Shown one piece after another: positions 14,147 to 27,004 of a stretch of DNA of 64,000 bases. Below the pieces are notes generated by a model, which searched no databases, had not been told where the DNA came from, and saw only the letters and a list, made by a program, of their open reading frames with translations. The stretch comes from Hydrolagus colliei (Eukaryota): NCBI GenBank assembly GCA_035084275.1, contig CM068755.1:6262001-6326000 (forward strand), read 5' to 3'. The position numbers were made by a program, and so were the translations under genes. Each line of letters opens with the position of its first letter. Positions within the stretch are counted from its first letter, which is position 1.

Positions 14147-14612
14147 ATGGAGTCCTTTGGCTCAGTGGTTATAGCATTCGCCTGGCAAGCGAGAGACCTG
14201 GGTTTGATTCCCAGCAGGGCGAAATGTTGAGGAAGTTTCTTTTGCTTATTCTTGTTTATTCCAAGTGCCTGTTTACCCGCTCGGGTCCTAGCCCTTGACT
14301 GTCCAGCGCCTTGGCACGTCCTCCCAACGTGAAAGGTGCTCTACAAACGTAATTTTGTTGTTGTTGCAGCAGTAAGTAGGAACCTGGTTATTAGTTGACC
14401 GTCAAATCGCATTCTGGGGGCAATAATTCCTTAAAAAAATAACAAATTACCCACTTCAATTCACGACTGTTTGTGGGATCCTCCTGTGCGCAAATCACTG
14501 CCATGTTTCGCCCACAATATATACAGTCAATTCATTTTATAGAATATTCTCTGAAGTACTTTGAGACATCTCCAAAACGTGATAAGGTGCTAATCAGATG
14601 CAAGGATTATTA
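14147..14612 (+). mobile_element. tRNA-derived SINE with a nested L2 3'-end insertion (~14277-14366)
   Basis: SINE head at 14147. The body is interrupted by ...ctgtccagcgccttggcacgtcctcccaacgtgaaaggtgct...(TTG)n, then resumes at cagcagtaagtaggaacc and runs to the (ATT)n tail. Confidence 0.85.
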
Positions 14613-16079
14613 TTCACTGCGACCGGGTGCTAAGAAATCTTTGGGCCCTATCAATGTACTTCAGTCAGGTGGATGCGAGTTCATTCTCAAAACCAGGCAA
14701 CAATTTGCCCGAACTTCAGCTGTTTCTTAACAGATTCGATGTGATAATAAATACACCAACCCCACTAGGAAATGTTGCACGTTTTACCCCCAAAAGCATA
14801 CCTAATAACTTTACATCTGCACACTTTATAATTGTATAACATGGAGGAAGGGCTGACTCTTTGTGTGTAAAAAGGGAGCACACTCATACAACTATTAAAA
14901 AACCCAAATGGGAGAATTTAGCAAGGGAAGAAGAGGACCCTGATCTGCATTTGCATCATGGCGATACCAGCTCAGACAATGGCAGCCTGTTTGGAGCCTA
15001 TCCGTATACACTACACAAATTATTATTTGCTATCTGTCCACACTTTGGTCCTGCCCCACATTGACAGCAGCATTTGCTGTACAAACACAGCAGCTCTTTG
15101 CTGGAGCATGCTCTGCAAACACAATAGGACACAGTGTTACAGGACACTTCCTCCACAGCACCCACATGGACACAGATATCGCCTGCGATATGGCAGGACA
15201 GCTTCAGGGCTGTGAGGAGCTGCCAGATCCCTCTGTAACGTTCAGAAGGTGCAATCAAACACCATTTATCCGAACATTTCTGAACGCGTCCCCTCCTCCA
15301 TTAACTGCATCAGGTAACAATTCACAATGGAGCCTAATTTATGGTACAGGTGTACAGGCAGGCACCCTAGGAGGTCTAGACAGCTTTAGTGATTTCATTT
15401 GGATAATTGACACCTGACGGCAAATACGGATGTGCCCAAGATTTATATCCTTGAGAATAATGACACCTTTCACTGGGGGGAAGGTGATCAGCTGAGTTCA
15501 GGATAAGGGTACTGAGCGTAGTCATCGGAAGTCCAACTGTTCACAGTGTGCTACACGCCCCCATTTCAATCCCAGGCTATGTATGAATGTGGGGCTAATT
15601 GGTGAGTGCGTGACAGACAGTGGCATGGTTTATAAATGGTTATCACTGGCTTGGGTTGCTGCTAATGCACAATGGAAGTTGCAGGGCTGCAGTCAGAGAA
15701 CACATCTTTCAGGTAAAGCAAACACAAATCACAAAAGCCAGGCTTTAGAAACAATGGAGATGAGATGCTAATTTCCAACATGATATTTGAGGATCAGTAA
15801 TAAAGAAGCATTCACGGGTATAATTAAATGGCAGCGATATGGCAAGGCACAGTCCTGTCACGTATCCAGTGATAGAGATGACATGGTAATGACAGACTTT
15901 GGTGAGTCGTTTCCTGCCCTGGGCACTCACCCACCCCACAACTTAGGTAAAGTTGTTCCTGTGATTCAGTCTTAGTAGATCGGCAGTGATAAGCATCCAA
16001 ATTACTAAAACAAAGAGTTATGAGCCATTAAATGGTTTCAGGAAACAATGTTCTGTACTCCTGTCTAAAATGGACTCAC

Positions 16080-16224
16080 CGAGTTTGGGTAATTCAGGTA
16101 ACAGATGGCACAAACCATATCCTGCGAGGATGATCTTGTATTCATCTGACGTGTTCGAGACTTTTTATACGGGTTTACTACATGACACTCTGCAAAGAGT
16201 TTCTCCAGATTTCCATCAAAGTAC
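16080..16224 (-). CDS. ARIH1: ARIH1-like exon 3 ([48 protein letters not shown])
   Basis: Within ORF 16065-16250; cacAG acceptor and GTGAGT donor; 145 bp; start of RING1 (CxxC). Confidence 0.97.
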
Positions 16225-16714
16225 CTGTGGGAGACAAAGCTTACAGTCACATTACCAAAGATATTCCGAATGATTATTAGTCACCTACATTCCCAAGAAG
16301 CACATTACATTTCAAAAGATATACATTATATATTAGCTGTACCTGTTGCAGTTATCTTGCAACTCAAAAGATCCAATATGGAACGTTGACACACAAACAG
16401 ACATTTTAATCTTTATCTACACTCATCTGGAAGGACTCAACAATTTAAAAATGTAATTCCGTTGTCATTGCCACGGCTTAGCTTCGTCTGTGCTCATTAA
16501 TTTATTTTGTTCCCGTAACTTGGCTATGTGTGTGCTCTTACCCAAATGCCACAATCAGCCGGCGCTGCCCCCAAGTGTAACTGCAGTGCATGCATATATG
16601 TGCATGTATGTGCTGTGTGATGCACAATGCATTAGTGGCACTTTAACTTGGCAGCCACCAGGTGTAACCAAAGCAAAAAAATGCGGAACTGAAAATCCCC
16701 CATGAACGATAGGA

Positions 16715-18480
16715 AACAATAATAATAATCCTTGCATTTTGATGTAGCGCTTTTCACGTTTTCTAGGCGTCTCAAAGCACTTCACAGAATACTGTATACT
16801 GTAAAGTGAATTGACTGTATATTTGTAGGCGAAATGCGGCAGCCAATTGCGAACAACAGCGTCCCCACAAACGGAGTGGTTTGAAATCTTATTACCGTGG
16901 TTTTTTTTTTTTTAGGGATTATTACTAGGCACATGTGCGTGTGCATCGAGTAAGGAAACTTAAGAAATACCCTAAACAAATAAGCACATGTTACTCCCAG
17001 GTGCCCAATATTTCCGATGAGGTATAAATCATGTCTCAATGTCAATCAGTTATTGAGATTCTCCTTGAAGCGCAGACAGACATTGTCATTTTATTAGTAT
17101 AGATAAATAGAAGGTATATATACACAAATAACTAGACACACACAGATGTGAGTCAAGAACATTTTTGTACCTCAGGAATTTTAGAGCCCTTCCCTCCCTA
17201 AACCCAAATGATCCCACGTCTTACTCTACAACAGAGACCCCTACAGCTTCAAGCTACTCAACTGACCGTTTCAAAGATATTATTATTGACACTGATTTTG
17301 TGATCATCAGTGAGGGAATACCACCGTCACTTCTGTACAAATAATTGTATACACAGATGAATTGTTTGTAAGAATAATCCATTCATTTGATACAGCGCTT
17401 TTCATATCTTCTAGGCGTCTCAAAGTGCTTCACGGAATATGCTGTAAAGTGAATTGACTGTATATTTGTGGGTGAAACGTGGCAGCCAATCGCACACAGC
17501 AACGTCCCACAAACAATTGTGGTTTGAAATCACCAATTTTTTTTAAAGGAATTATTAAGTGTGTGGTGTAAGGAAACTTGCACATGGGTTTGCCCTGTCT
17601 GGAATTGAACCCAGGACTCTCGCTTGCAAGACAAGTGCTCTAACCACCGAGCTACAGGACTCCACGAAAATGTGTAATTAGTTATTTAGACCTTTCTGGA
17701 CCTCTCTGGAGCATTAAAATGTTTTCCATTTAAATGGTAGCTTTGTTCTCCTAGCATCTATCCAAAAAGCTTTAATCTTGTTGCTCAATCTCATTACATA
17801 GCTCACTAAGCACTGAAGACACTACAGATCTATGGCCATGAACTGAACAGTCTGAATAAACTGAGGATGGTACATTAGAGTAGAAACGTATCAAAACTAT
17901 GATGTATGATGTGCCTAGGCAATTTATTTTTGTTAATGTTCACAGTACTACATTATTAATAGTTTGTACAGAAAGCACTGAGTGAAAAGTGCTCTTAAAT
18001 CTATTTTCTAAGATCTTCCCATACAGTCCTGGGAAATGCAAAAAAAAACTAAGCTGGGACAGTGAAGACTTCAGGGCAGAATGGGTTGGGTAAATTGACT
18101 GTGATTCTGTGGGGAATCTCCACAAAGTACTTCAAAGTGTTCTATAATAAAATAGAAAACTGTTACATAGTCAGTGTTCAACGCAAGAAAAGGTTTCACA
18201 TGAGATAATTATCCTTGCATTTGATATAGCGCTTTTTGCGTCTTCTAGATATATACTGTAAAGTGAATTGACCGTATATTTGTGGGCAAAACTCTGCAGC
18301 CAATTGCGCACTGCAGTTTGTCGCAAAACAGTCATGGATTGAAATTACCCATCTAAAAATTTTTGGGGATGGATTATTTTTGGGCGTGTGGAGTAAGGAA
18401 ACTTGCCCAAGGTTTTTCCCTGCCTGGATTCAAACACAGGTCTCACGCTTGTAAGGCGAGTGCTCCAGCCACTGAGCAAG
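16715..18480 (-). mobile_element. Cluster of three minus-strand tRNA-SINE copies (~16715-16960, 17373-17665, 18206-18478)
   Basis: Each has the aataatccttgcatttgata.. tail and shared body; two retain the tRNA head. Confidence 0.85.
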
Positions 18481-18789
18481 ATACTGTTAAGAAGATTAGT
18501 GGGAAGTGATTCAAACAGAATAGCAAGCAGGACTAATAAAACTTTGTACAAGTGGATTCAGTGCTTTCTTTAGCACAAGTAATATATTTTAAATGTCAAG
18601 GACAGTTTTCAAAGAGTGATGCTCAGAAACTGGTATACACTAATTGTTCAGTATTCTGTTTTATTCAACGGGTGTTGCTTTCAGTGATCAATTCCTTTTG
18701 AAATGGTCATAAATAGCATTCCCCGCTTAGATCCATGTCACCCTAAAACAGGTTCAAAATGTTGAAATCATTGCTGGATTATACGATCC

Positions 18790-19157
18790 ACTACCTCACT
18801 GACCTCCTATCCCCCTATGAACCTCCCCGCCCAGTTCGTTCAGCGGGCTCTGGTCAGCTCCATGTCCCCCTCCCGAACCGCCCTACCATCGGCGGACAAG
18901 CTTTCAGCCTCTCTGCCCCCACACTCTAGAACTCCATCCCACAGTCCCTTCGCCTCACTCCCTCCTTCATTTCCTTCGAGGCCAGTCTCAAAACCCTCTT
19001 CTTCAACCGTGCCTTCTACAGCCCTCCCAACTCTCTCCCGCCACTCCCACCTACTCTGCCCCTTTCCTTTGCTCAGGTCCTGACCTGACTATTCAGAGAC
19101 TTGGGACATCCTCCCGACGTGAAAGGCGCTCTATAAATGAAATTTTGTTGTTGTTGT
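18790..19157 (+). mobile_element. L2 LINE 3' fragment
   Basis: Homologous to 44500-44925; ends gacgtgaaaggcgctctataaatgaaatt(TTG)n. Confidence 0.85.
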
Positions 19158-19476
19158 CAATGAACAAAACTGAAGGTACACAAAAAAACATGATAAAAGC
19201 CACTGCTGAAAAGAGGGGGACACTTTTAATCCCTTCAACAAAAAAAACTCACTCACTCCATGACTGTTTGTGGAACACAGCTGCGTGTCATTGGCGGCTG
19301 CTTTTCACTCTCAAAACATACAATATATTCTGTGAAGCACTTTGAGACACCTCGATGGCATGGTAAGGCCAAAAGTAAGAATTACTATTATAATTGGGTA
19401 CTGTACACAAAAAAACCCAAATGATTGAAAATTCTAATTTAAAGCATGTTATGGAACAATATGCTTAAGTGTAAGT

Positions 19477-20584
19477 TAGGGAACGGCTATATGGGAATTT
19501 TCCGGATATGGATATATCGGTTGGCTCATATCGAGATATACCGAAATACCGATATTTTCAGTTTTTTCGTACTGCGCATGCGCGCGCGCGCATTCGAGGC
19601 CTATCTTCTCAGGAGGTAAATATCTTTCTCTCTCTGTGTCTCTCACTCTCTCCATCTCTGTGTTTTTCTGTCTGTGTCTCTCTCCCTCTCACATCCCCCC
19701 CCCCCATCTCTATCTATCTGTATTATCACATTCACCCCGTCTCCCCCCCCCCCCCCCCCGCCATCCCTCTCTCGCACCCCCAACCCCTGTCGCCTCTCTC
19801 CCCCACCACCCCCCAGCCGTCTCTTTCTCCCTCCCCCCCCCGCCGTCTCTCTCTCCCCCCCCACCCCCAGCCGTCTCTCTCCCCCTCCCCCCAGCCGTCT
19901 CTCTCCCCCTCCCCCCCAGCCGTCTCTCTCCCCCTCTCCTCCCCCCCCCCGCCGTCTCTCTCCCCCCCCCCAGCCGTCTCTCTCCCCCCCCCGCCATCTC
20001 TCCCCCTCCCCCAGCCATCTCTCTCCCCTCTCCCCCCCCAGCTGTCTCCCCCCCCTCTCCCCCCCCAGCCGTCTCCCCCCCCTCTCCCCCCCCAGCCATC
20101 TCTCTCCCCTCTCCCCCACCCCCCCAGCCGTCTATCTCCCCCTCCCCCCAGCCGTCTCTCTCCCGCCCCCCCCAGCCGTCTCTCTCCCCCTCTCCCCCCC
20201 CACAGCCGTCTCTCTCCCCCTACCCCCAGCCATCTCTCTCCCCCTCAACCCCCCCCAGCCGTCTCTCTCCCCCTCACCCCCCCCCAGCAGTCTCTCTCCC
20301 CCTCACCCCCCACCCCCAGCAGTCTCTCTCCGCCTCACCCCCCCCACCCCTTGCATACCTGTATTATGTATTCGAGGACTATGAATACAAGATGGCGGCT
20401 TTGACCTCGGTCTGTGCATTGTGTATAGAGATGAGCATTCTGGGTCTTGTAGTTGATTGTGCTCGCATCCCGATTTTTTACCTCGATATACCGTTTTTCG
20501 ATATATCGGTATTTTTTAAATGTCTATATCGGCATACCGATATGAAAATCATATCGGGTTTTACCGATATACCGCCGTTCCCTA
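19477..20584. mobile_element. Non-autonomous hAT-superfamily DNA transposon in ARIH1 intron 2
   Basis: Perfect 8-bp TSD GTGTAAGT (19469-19476 and 20585-20592), 11-bp TIR TAGGGAACGGC/GCCGTTCCCTA, and subterminal arrays of ATACCG/GATAT/ATCGG motifs at both ends. Confidence 0.93.
19740..20350. repeat. C-rich minisatellite (unit ~ (C)nAGCCGTCTCTCT) inside the hAT element
   Basis: More than 20 units; produces the spurious Pro/Ser- and Gly-rich ORFs in the track. Confidence 0.93.
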
Positions 20585-21323
20585 GTGTAAGTTGTTGGTA
20601 AGCAGTGACCCTGTTGTTAAGGCTGAGTCTGTGAAGAGTTCAGAAGTAAATAGGGTTTCAAGCAAGGCTGTTTTTACAATCCATCACCAGTTGCTGAATA
20701 TGGATGTGGCTGGCGATGCCAAGGAGGGGAAACTTGTTCGCTACAACAATAAATGTGAGCCGCCAGAAAATGAATGTTTCAAACTGCTGAAACTTTATAA
20801 ATCGCTTGGAAAAGAGGTCAGTAGGCAACTTGATCGTTAATCTTTCTCCACAGTTATTGACTTTGGCTCACCGAGGGTAGCCTGAGTAAGTATTGAGATA
20901 AGATGGCTCACATCCAATTATCATGACCAAACCCATGCATTCTCTGAAGAGGCCACAAGCGATCAGCTTCTCATAAATAAAATCTGGAATCTATAATGTT
21001 GCACACATCTACACACAGGCTTCCCAGTAGCCTTGTGACTCCAGCTGTGTTGCTGCAGTTATCTCTACACTGTACACCATAGCAGAAGGTGTTTTGCATT
21101 GTTCTGGTAAGATTAGTTACTTTGTATGTGCAGAGAAGATGCAGGATTAGTTTACAAGCAGTGGTACCACCCAGGCTTCAGGTCAAACATTTCATCAGAC
21201 TCAAGATTGGGGACACCAATGCACATTGACAAGTAAAATAAGACACATAGTAAATAAAACATGCACTATTCTTACCTCCCAAAGCAGACACTTCTACACT
21301 GTACATATCAATATATTGCTTAC

Positions 21324-21391
21324 CTCTCCATTAGTTTCTCCTTATCCCAGTTGAAGTGGCTGAGAAGTATCCTTGTGATAGTGGCTGGATT
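21324..21391 (-). CDS. ARIH1: ARIH1-like exon 2 ([23 protein letters not shown]; UBA-like region)
   Basis: ccactcCAG acceptor and GTAAGC donor; 68 bp; phase 0 to 2, compatible with exons 1 and 3. Confidence 0.96.
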
Positions 21392-24300
21392 CTGGAGTGG
21401 AGAGGGAAAAGGGAATTACACTGTTACACACTGTAATTTTTCTTAAACACAGAGACCGCAATCAAGACTTTTTAGGTAGAATTTAGTATCAGTTTACTTC
21501 CATATCAACGTGTAACAAGGTGTCTATCCATCTGCAGTGCACTCAGTTCAGTGTTGAATTGCCCGATACAGCAGTGAGGGATTGCCAAAAATCAGATGTG
21601 TCCCAAACCCTGTTCATTCCAGAAACTTGGGTTCTCCCCTTAAGAACTGAACAAAGACAACCTCCTAGAGAATGCCCTCATGGACCAAACACATGGGGAG
21701 CAAAAGACTAGTTTAATACATTTTCAAATCACTGAATTCCAGCTATTGATGAACTCATACCCCAGTGGATTGCTGAACTTCTAGGCTTAATTTACTTCTT
21801 AGCAAAAGTTACTCGGTGTACAAGTGGAAAGAGTTGTGGTCACGTCTGTTTCTCTGTAAATTTAAGTTGCACTTAATACTTCAATTCACACCTGTTCAGG
21901 TGGGCCACAGTATTCACCCTATTCACTTGACAAACAGTCCTCACCTTGAAAACCTCACATTGTCTTCTGCCATGAGTAACGGTTGGTAGCTGCAAACACT
22001 GACGTCACCCAATCTAAAAAAATATATATGAACCACTGCTCTAGTCTGGGCCTGTGCAACGCTTAAACAGTGACCAGAACTGTACAGTACTCGAGGGGTA
22101 GCGTGATCACAGTATTGTATACATTGAGCATGACCTCGGGTTTCTGAACTCATTTGGCAATCGCTGCTGGATTTTTTGTGCCTCACAGTTTCGACATGAT
22201 GGGTAACAAGTCAACAAACACACCTAGGTCTTTCTGCACTTCACCCGTGGCAAGCCCAACCCTAAACAAGGAACGATATTGTGCCCTGTAATTTTACTTC
22301 TTAATCTCATAAACGCTAATTTACATTTTATCCAGGTGTATGCCCCGATGAGTTTTCTTCACAAGGACTTGGCTGCCTTGCTGCCCCCCACACACAATTC
22401 CACAGTTCTCCCCTAATAGTGTCACTTGGAAATCAAAACCATATAACACAGATTACCTCAGCATCAAATGCTAAGAGTCTGATATTGTCTCTAAAAAACA
22501 CACTGGTTGAATTCATTATATGGCAAGAAATTGTGGAAGATTGGAAGAAACTATCCATCAGATCTGAGAGCAAGTTAAATCCAGAGCTCAGTGTTCTCTG
22601 GGGTGAGATTACATTAGAGCTGTGACCATTAAATGTTATAATGACCCCAAAAACATACAGAATTGCCACCAAACCAGGGAGTGTGGCCCTGGCTCTCAAA
22701 TTGAGGTGGGTCATTTATAAAAGTGACAACTTTTCTGTATTTCTGTAGCTCCTTTTGTAAAAGAAAGTCCTCTAAGGGTTTCAAAAAAAATTAAGATCTA
22801 ATTAAGGGACAGATACATAGATGGCAAATACAGCAGCAAAACAACATGGAGACTGCCCACTCCTCTTTGAAATGGTGGCACAGGATATTTTAACATCTAC
22901 CTGAATGACAAGACGCATGGACAGTTTAACAAATCATTCAAAAGGGAATCTACTGACTGCGCCAAAACGTCAGGTTCCCTCCGCCAGTTGCTCTGGACTT
23001 CGGGTTCAGAAGATTGTAATTTATCAATACTCAAAGCTCATAATCTAGGTTGAGATCACAGTACAATACTGCATTGTCATAGATACTGTCTTCCGCATGA
23101 TGTTAAAGCAAAAATCTCACCTGCCTGCTCCATCAAATGAACAAATGAATGCTTAAGATCCTATGACACTATTCAAAAAGAGAAGGGAGTTTCTGCTGGT
23201 GCCCCGGCAACCAATCCTCCAAGGAGTTAGTTATGTGCAAAGTGACTGCAGAATTTACCTACATTAGTAGTTATTATTATGAAGCGCTTTGAGCTGTTTT
23301 CCCATATAGGACTATAAAAATGCAAGTAATTTCCAAATAAACAATGCATTTATTATTGAGACTTAACATGTAAGTATAGGTGAATTTGTTTTGCATGCAG
23401 TGAGTTGTTAGATTATGGAATATTCTGCCAGGAGCAGTGATAGAGGCGCAATTCATATTAACATTCAGAAGGGAACTAGGTAAATATCTTTAAAAAAACC
23501 TATAATAATAATAAATAAGAAGAAGAAATAAGAATCCTTGCATTTTGATATAGCACTTTTCACATCTTCCAGGCGTCTCAAAATTTTCACAGAGTATACT
23601 GTACAGTGAATTGACTGTATATTTATGGGTGAAATGTGGCAACCAATTGCACACAGCAGTGTCCCACAAACAGTCGTCGATTGAATTGACTAATTTATTA
23701 TAGGTTTTTTTGGGGAGGGAAGATTATTATTAGGCGTGTGGAATAAGGAAACTTGTCCACGGTTTCGCCCTGACCTGCCCGGATTCGAAACACAGGTCTC
23801 ACGCTTGGAAGGCGAGTGCTCTAACCACTGAGCTACAGAACTCCATACTACCAGGGGTATGAAGAAACAACAGGTACATGGAACTAAAAGAACTGCTCTT
23901 AAAACAGCCAGCAAAGACACCATGGGTCAAATGGCCTTCTTCTGTTAATACAGTATATTTCTATGGATCTGTGTCTGAAAGCATTTACCAAAAATAGTTA
24001 GTTTGAAATTTATTATTATGTGACTGTTATATAGGAAAATATCACCAAGTATGAGCGGTGCTTCACAAATTATGCGATGAGGAACCGATTCATCTGATTT
24101 TTGAAGGAACCTCTGTCCCGTCAATGTAATGGAGGATTAAGAGTGATAAATGTAGATACTAAACCCTCACTGAGGCAGTGGCATCCACTATTTAATGATA
24201 TGTTTGATGAAATCAGTTCAGAATCTAGGCAGATCAATAAGCCACATGTTAAATTTTGTTTGGAGAGCTTGGTGGAAGCAGCAGACACCAACCAGTTGTG

Positions 24301-27004
24301 TGCAAATAACCCCACCCAGGAAACATACTTCAGTCTTCATTGCTTAGCAGACTTGCACCCAAACAAATAAATAATCCAACACAATCTCACTGTGGAGGCC
24401 AGGCATGGCATGCTGAAGGTGCTGATTCATGCTGGCTGCTGTGAAATTCAGCATCTATGTCTACATAATTACACTAGGTCTATATAGATACAAATGTTCT
24501 CATTTAACCCTTGTACTACAAATAGGTTCACTCCAAGAGGCGTCTACAGAAAGGAAAAAATACTCCAGTTATCTAAGGCTCATATTTCTGATTAGCCAAT
24601 GTGCATCAGCGAATGAGAAGATTGGGATGTTTTTAAGCTTGTGAGTATTATGCAATAAAAACAGTTGTTTATTTGGAATATACACGAGATAATTGGAAAG
24701 ATGTTTAAACAGATGCATCAGAAAGACAAGACAGGCTGCTAGGAGCGTGGGCAAGCAGGGCTCTGAGGGTGTAAGTGAGGCTCTGAGTGCAACTGCCAAC
24801 ACATGTGGTATAGACTAGCAATGTTCAGAGAAATGTACCTCTAATTGTACTCTTTGGCACTGAGGCAATAGTGAAACCAACATATATACCATTTTACTGC
24901 AGCTATTGTGCATTTAAAAAGTAGCCTTTTTTTCTAAATAAAACTATAATTACCCCCAATTGAAAGGTCAACCAGCCCTTCTCCAGTATTCAAAGAGAAG
25001 AACAAAGCAGTCAGTCAAGGCTCACCCACAACCTAGTTTATGCTCACAGTTAAATCTGACTACAGCGCAATTGTCTCCATGGAATAGCTACACACCCACG
25101 TCCTAAAGCCCTCCTAACTCTGCATCATCAGTTGCACAAACAGGCCGCTGTTTAGCCCACTGGTGCTCAGGACAAGGCCCACTGAGGGTGACAAAGTGAA
25201 ACTCCAATAAACTGAGGCAGTAACACCACACAATATCAAAATGGCCATGCAGCCTTTTCTAACATACTAACCGTACAATACAAATAAGGAAAAATCAGTG
25301 TGAATACGAATACATGCATCAGAAATCACACCTGAATAATCCATTGCTCAGGAAATAGAGGCACGACTGAGATTCATATGAGAGGGGACTGGGTACCTCT
25401 TACTGTAACTAAAAATGCAACATCTTAAGCATTCCTAACCCCACCAGAAGAGCACGAAAGAACGAAAAGCTACATGCAAGGTAGCTTTACGACTTAAGAT
25501 TCACCAAAAGGCACTAGAGGAATACTGGCAGCTTTCTGGATGTTGATAAATTCAGCAAAAAGCCACCTCACTTGCTGTACTTGAGAAGCTACAGCAACAA
25601 GTAGTGAAAACAGATTAGAACATACTCTCCTTTCATCTAGTCACCTTGTCTTAGCCTTTAACACTATGGATTTCTAGATTGTAGGCTCAAAACCAATGAT
25701 GGAACTTGTACTCATAATCCAGTAGTATTGTTATTAATATTATCACACTAGTACAGCACTGGAGAAGTTATTAAAGATCCTATGACCAAAAAGGGACAGG
25801 AGTCTGCCCTATATCCTGGCTATCAATCCGCAGATAGACTGGTCAAGCAACTCAAGGGTGCTTGCAGGACCCTGCTGTGCGCTCCTACAAAAGCAATATC
25901 TACACTTGGCAGTAATCAATGTAAACATGCTTTTCCCCGTTTTGAGGTGATTTGGTAATATTTTAGTTTCACAACAGATTTAATCTGTGAGGTTTAAATC
26001 CAGCCAACAATAAATTCTATACAAACTCTCTGAGTGAATCCTCAATGAAAAGGGCCTCAAATGAACTTTTGGAAGGAGTTACCTACCCTACAAAACCGCA
26101 CAGAGAAGCACTGATTCCTCATTTCTCTCAGCGGCCTTGAAGTAGTTGGAAGTGTAATATGGAAAATGATAACACTATCACAGGGCAGCATTCTAGGTAA
26201 AACTATTAAAGCACAACGCTGGGGTGGAGGGGGTGTCAGGGAGATTTGGGCAACATTGATCTCAAGAATGCTCTACTGTCCAGTGTAGCAGAAGTTTTGT
26301 TGAATAGTCAGGCCACAGGGTAAGGTGAGGTGCAGGTCTGGAGTGGTGCATGGAACACACTGCAGCAGAACACAAACCATCATTTTAAAATCAGGTCAAT
26401 TTATCCCGAGGACCAAAGTCCAAGTACACAAAGCAGATAGTTGTGCAGTGCCCTTGCTAGGCCTTACTGTTATTGCTCACCAAGCTGGACATTGGCAAGC
26501 AGTCTCCATCTTAGTACCCAAACTCCCTGCTTTGAACTCTGATGAAGCACCTCCAGTAATGACACCTCAAATCCAGTAGCACTCACAAAGGTCACATTCA
26601 GATAAGTGCACCGTGTAAATATATTATTGATCTTTTTGTGCAAACATTGTACTACAATATTAACAGGAACTTAATTTTCGAGGTTGAGGTCCCACAGCAC
26701 AGAGGCCTAGAGGCCTTGGCGATTCAGAAAGATTCAAGACAAAGAGCTGGCAGGGTTACAGTTTCTGTGGATCAGAGAAGTACAAAAACAGACTGTGTGA
26801 ACCACACAATCAGACATACCACAAGCAACATATCTCTTCAAGATCTGTGACCTTTCAGCACTACCGCCTGACTCAGGGAATATTACCCAAAATATTAATG
26901 GGCAGGAACCGTCAATTTCAGCTGTTTAAAGATCTATGCTAGGGGAATTGGAATATAACCAGTTTCTTTATGAAATGACCTGATTCAAACAAAGTTCCAC
27001 TGAT

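Noticed and set aside
14990-15260. Faint Harbinger-transposase-like peptide (IAGDIC) on the minus strand
   Set aside because: Only a few residues are similar; no continuous frame or TIRs to support it.
19508-20601. Long Pro/Ser-rich and Gly-rich ORFs (extensin-like) in several frames
   Set aside because: They arise from the stop-free C-rich minisatellite inside the hAT element; multiple frames on both strands are open.
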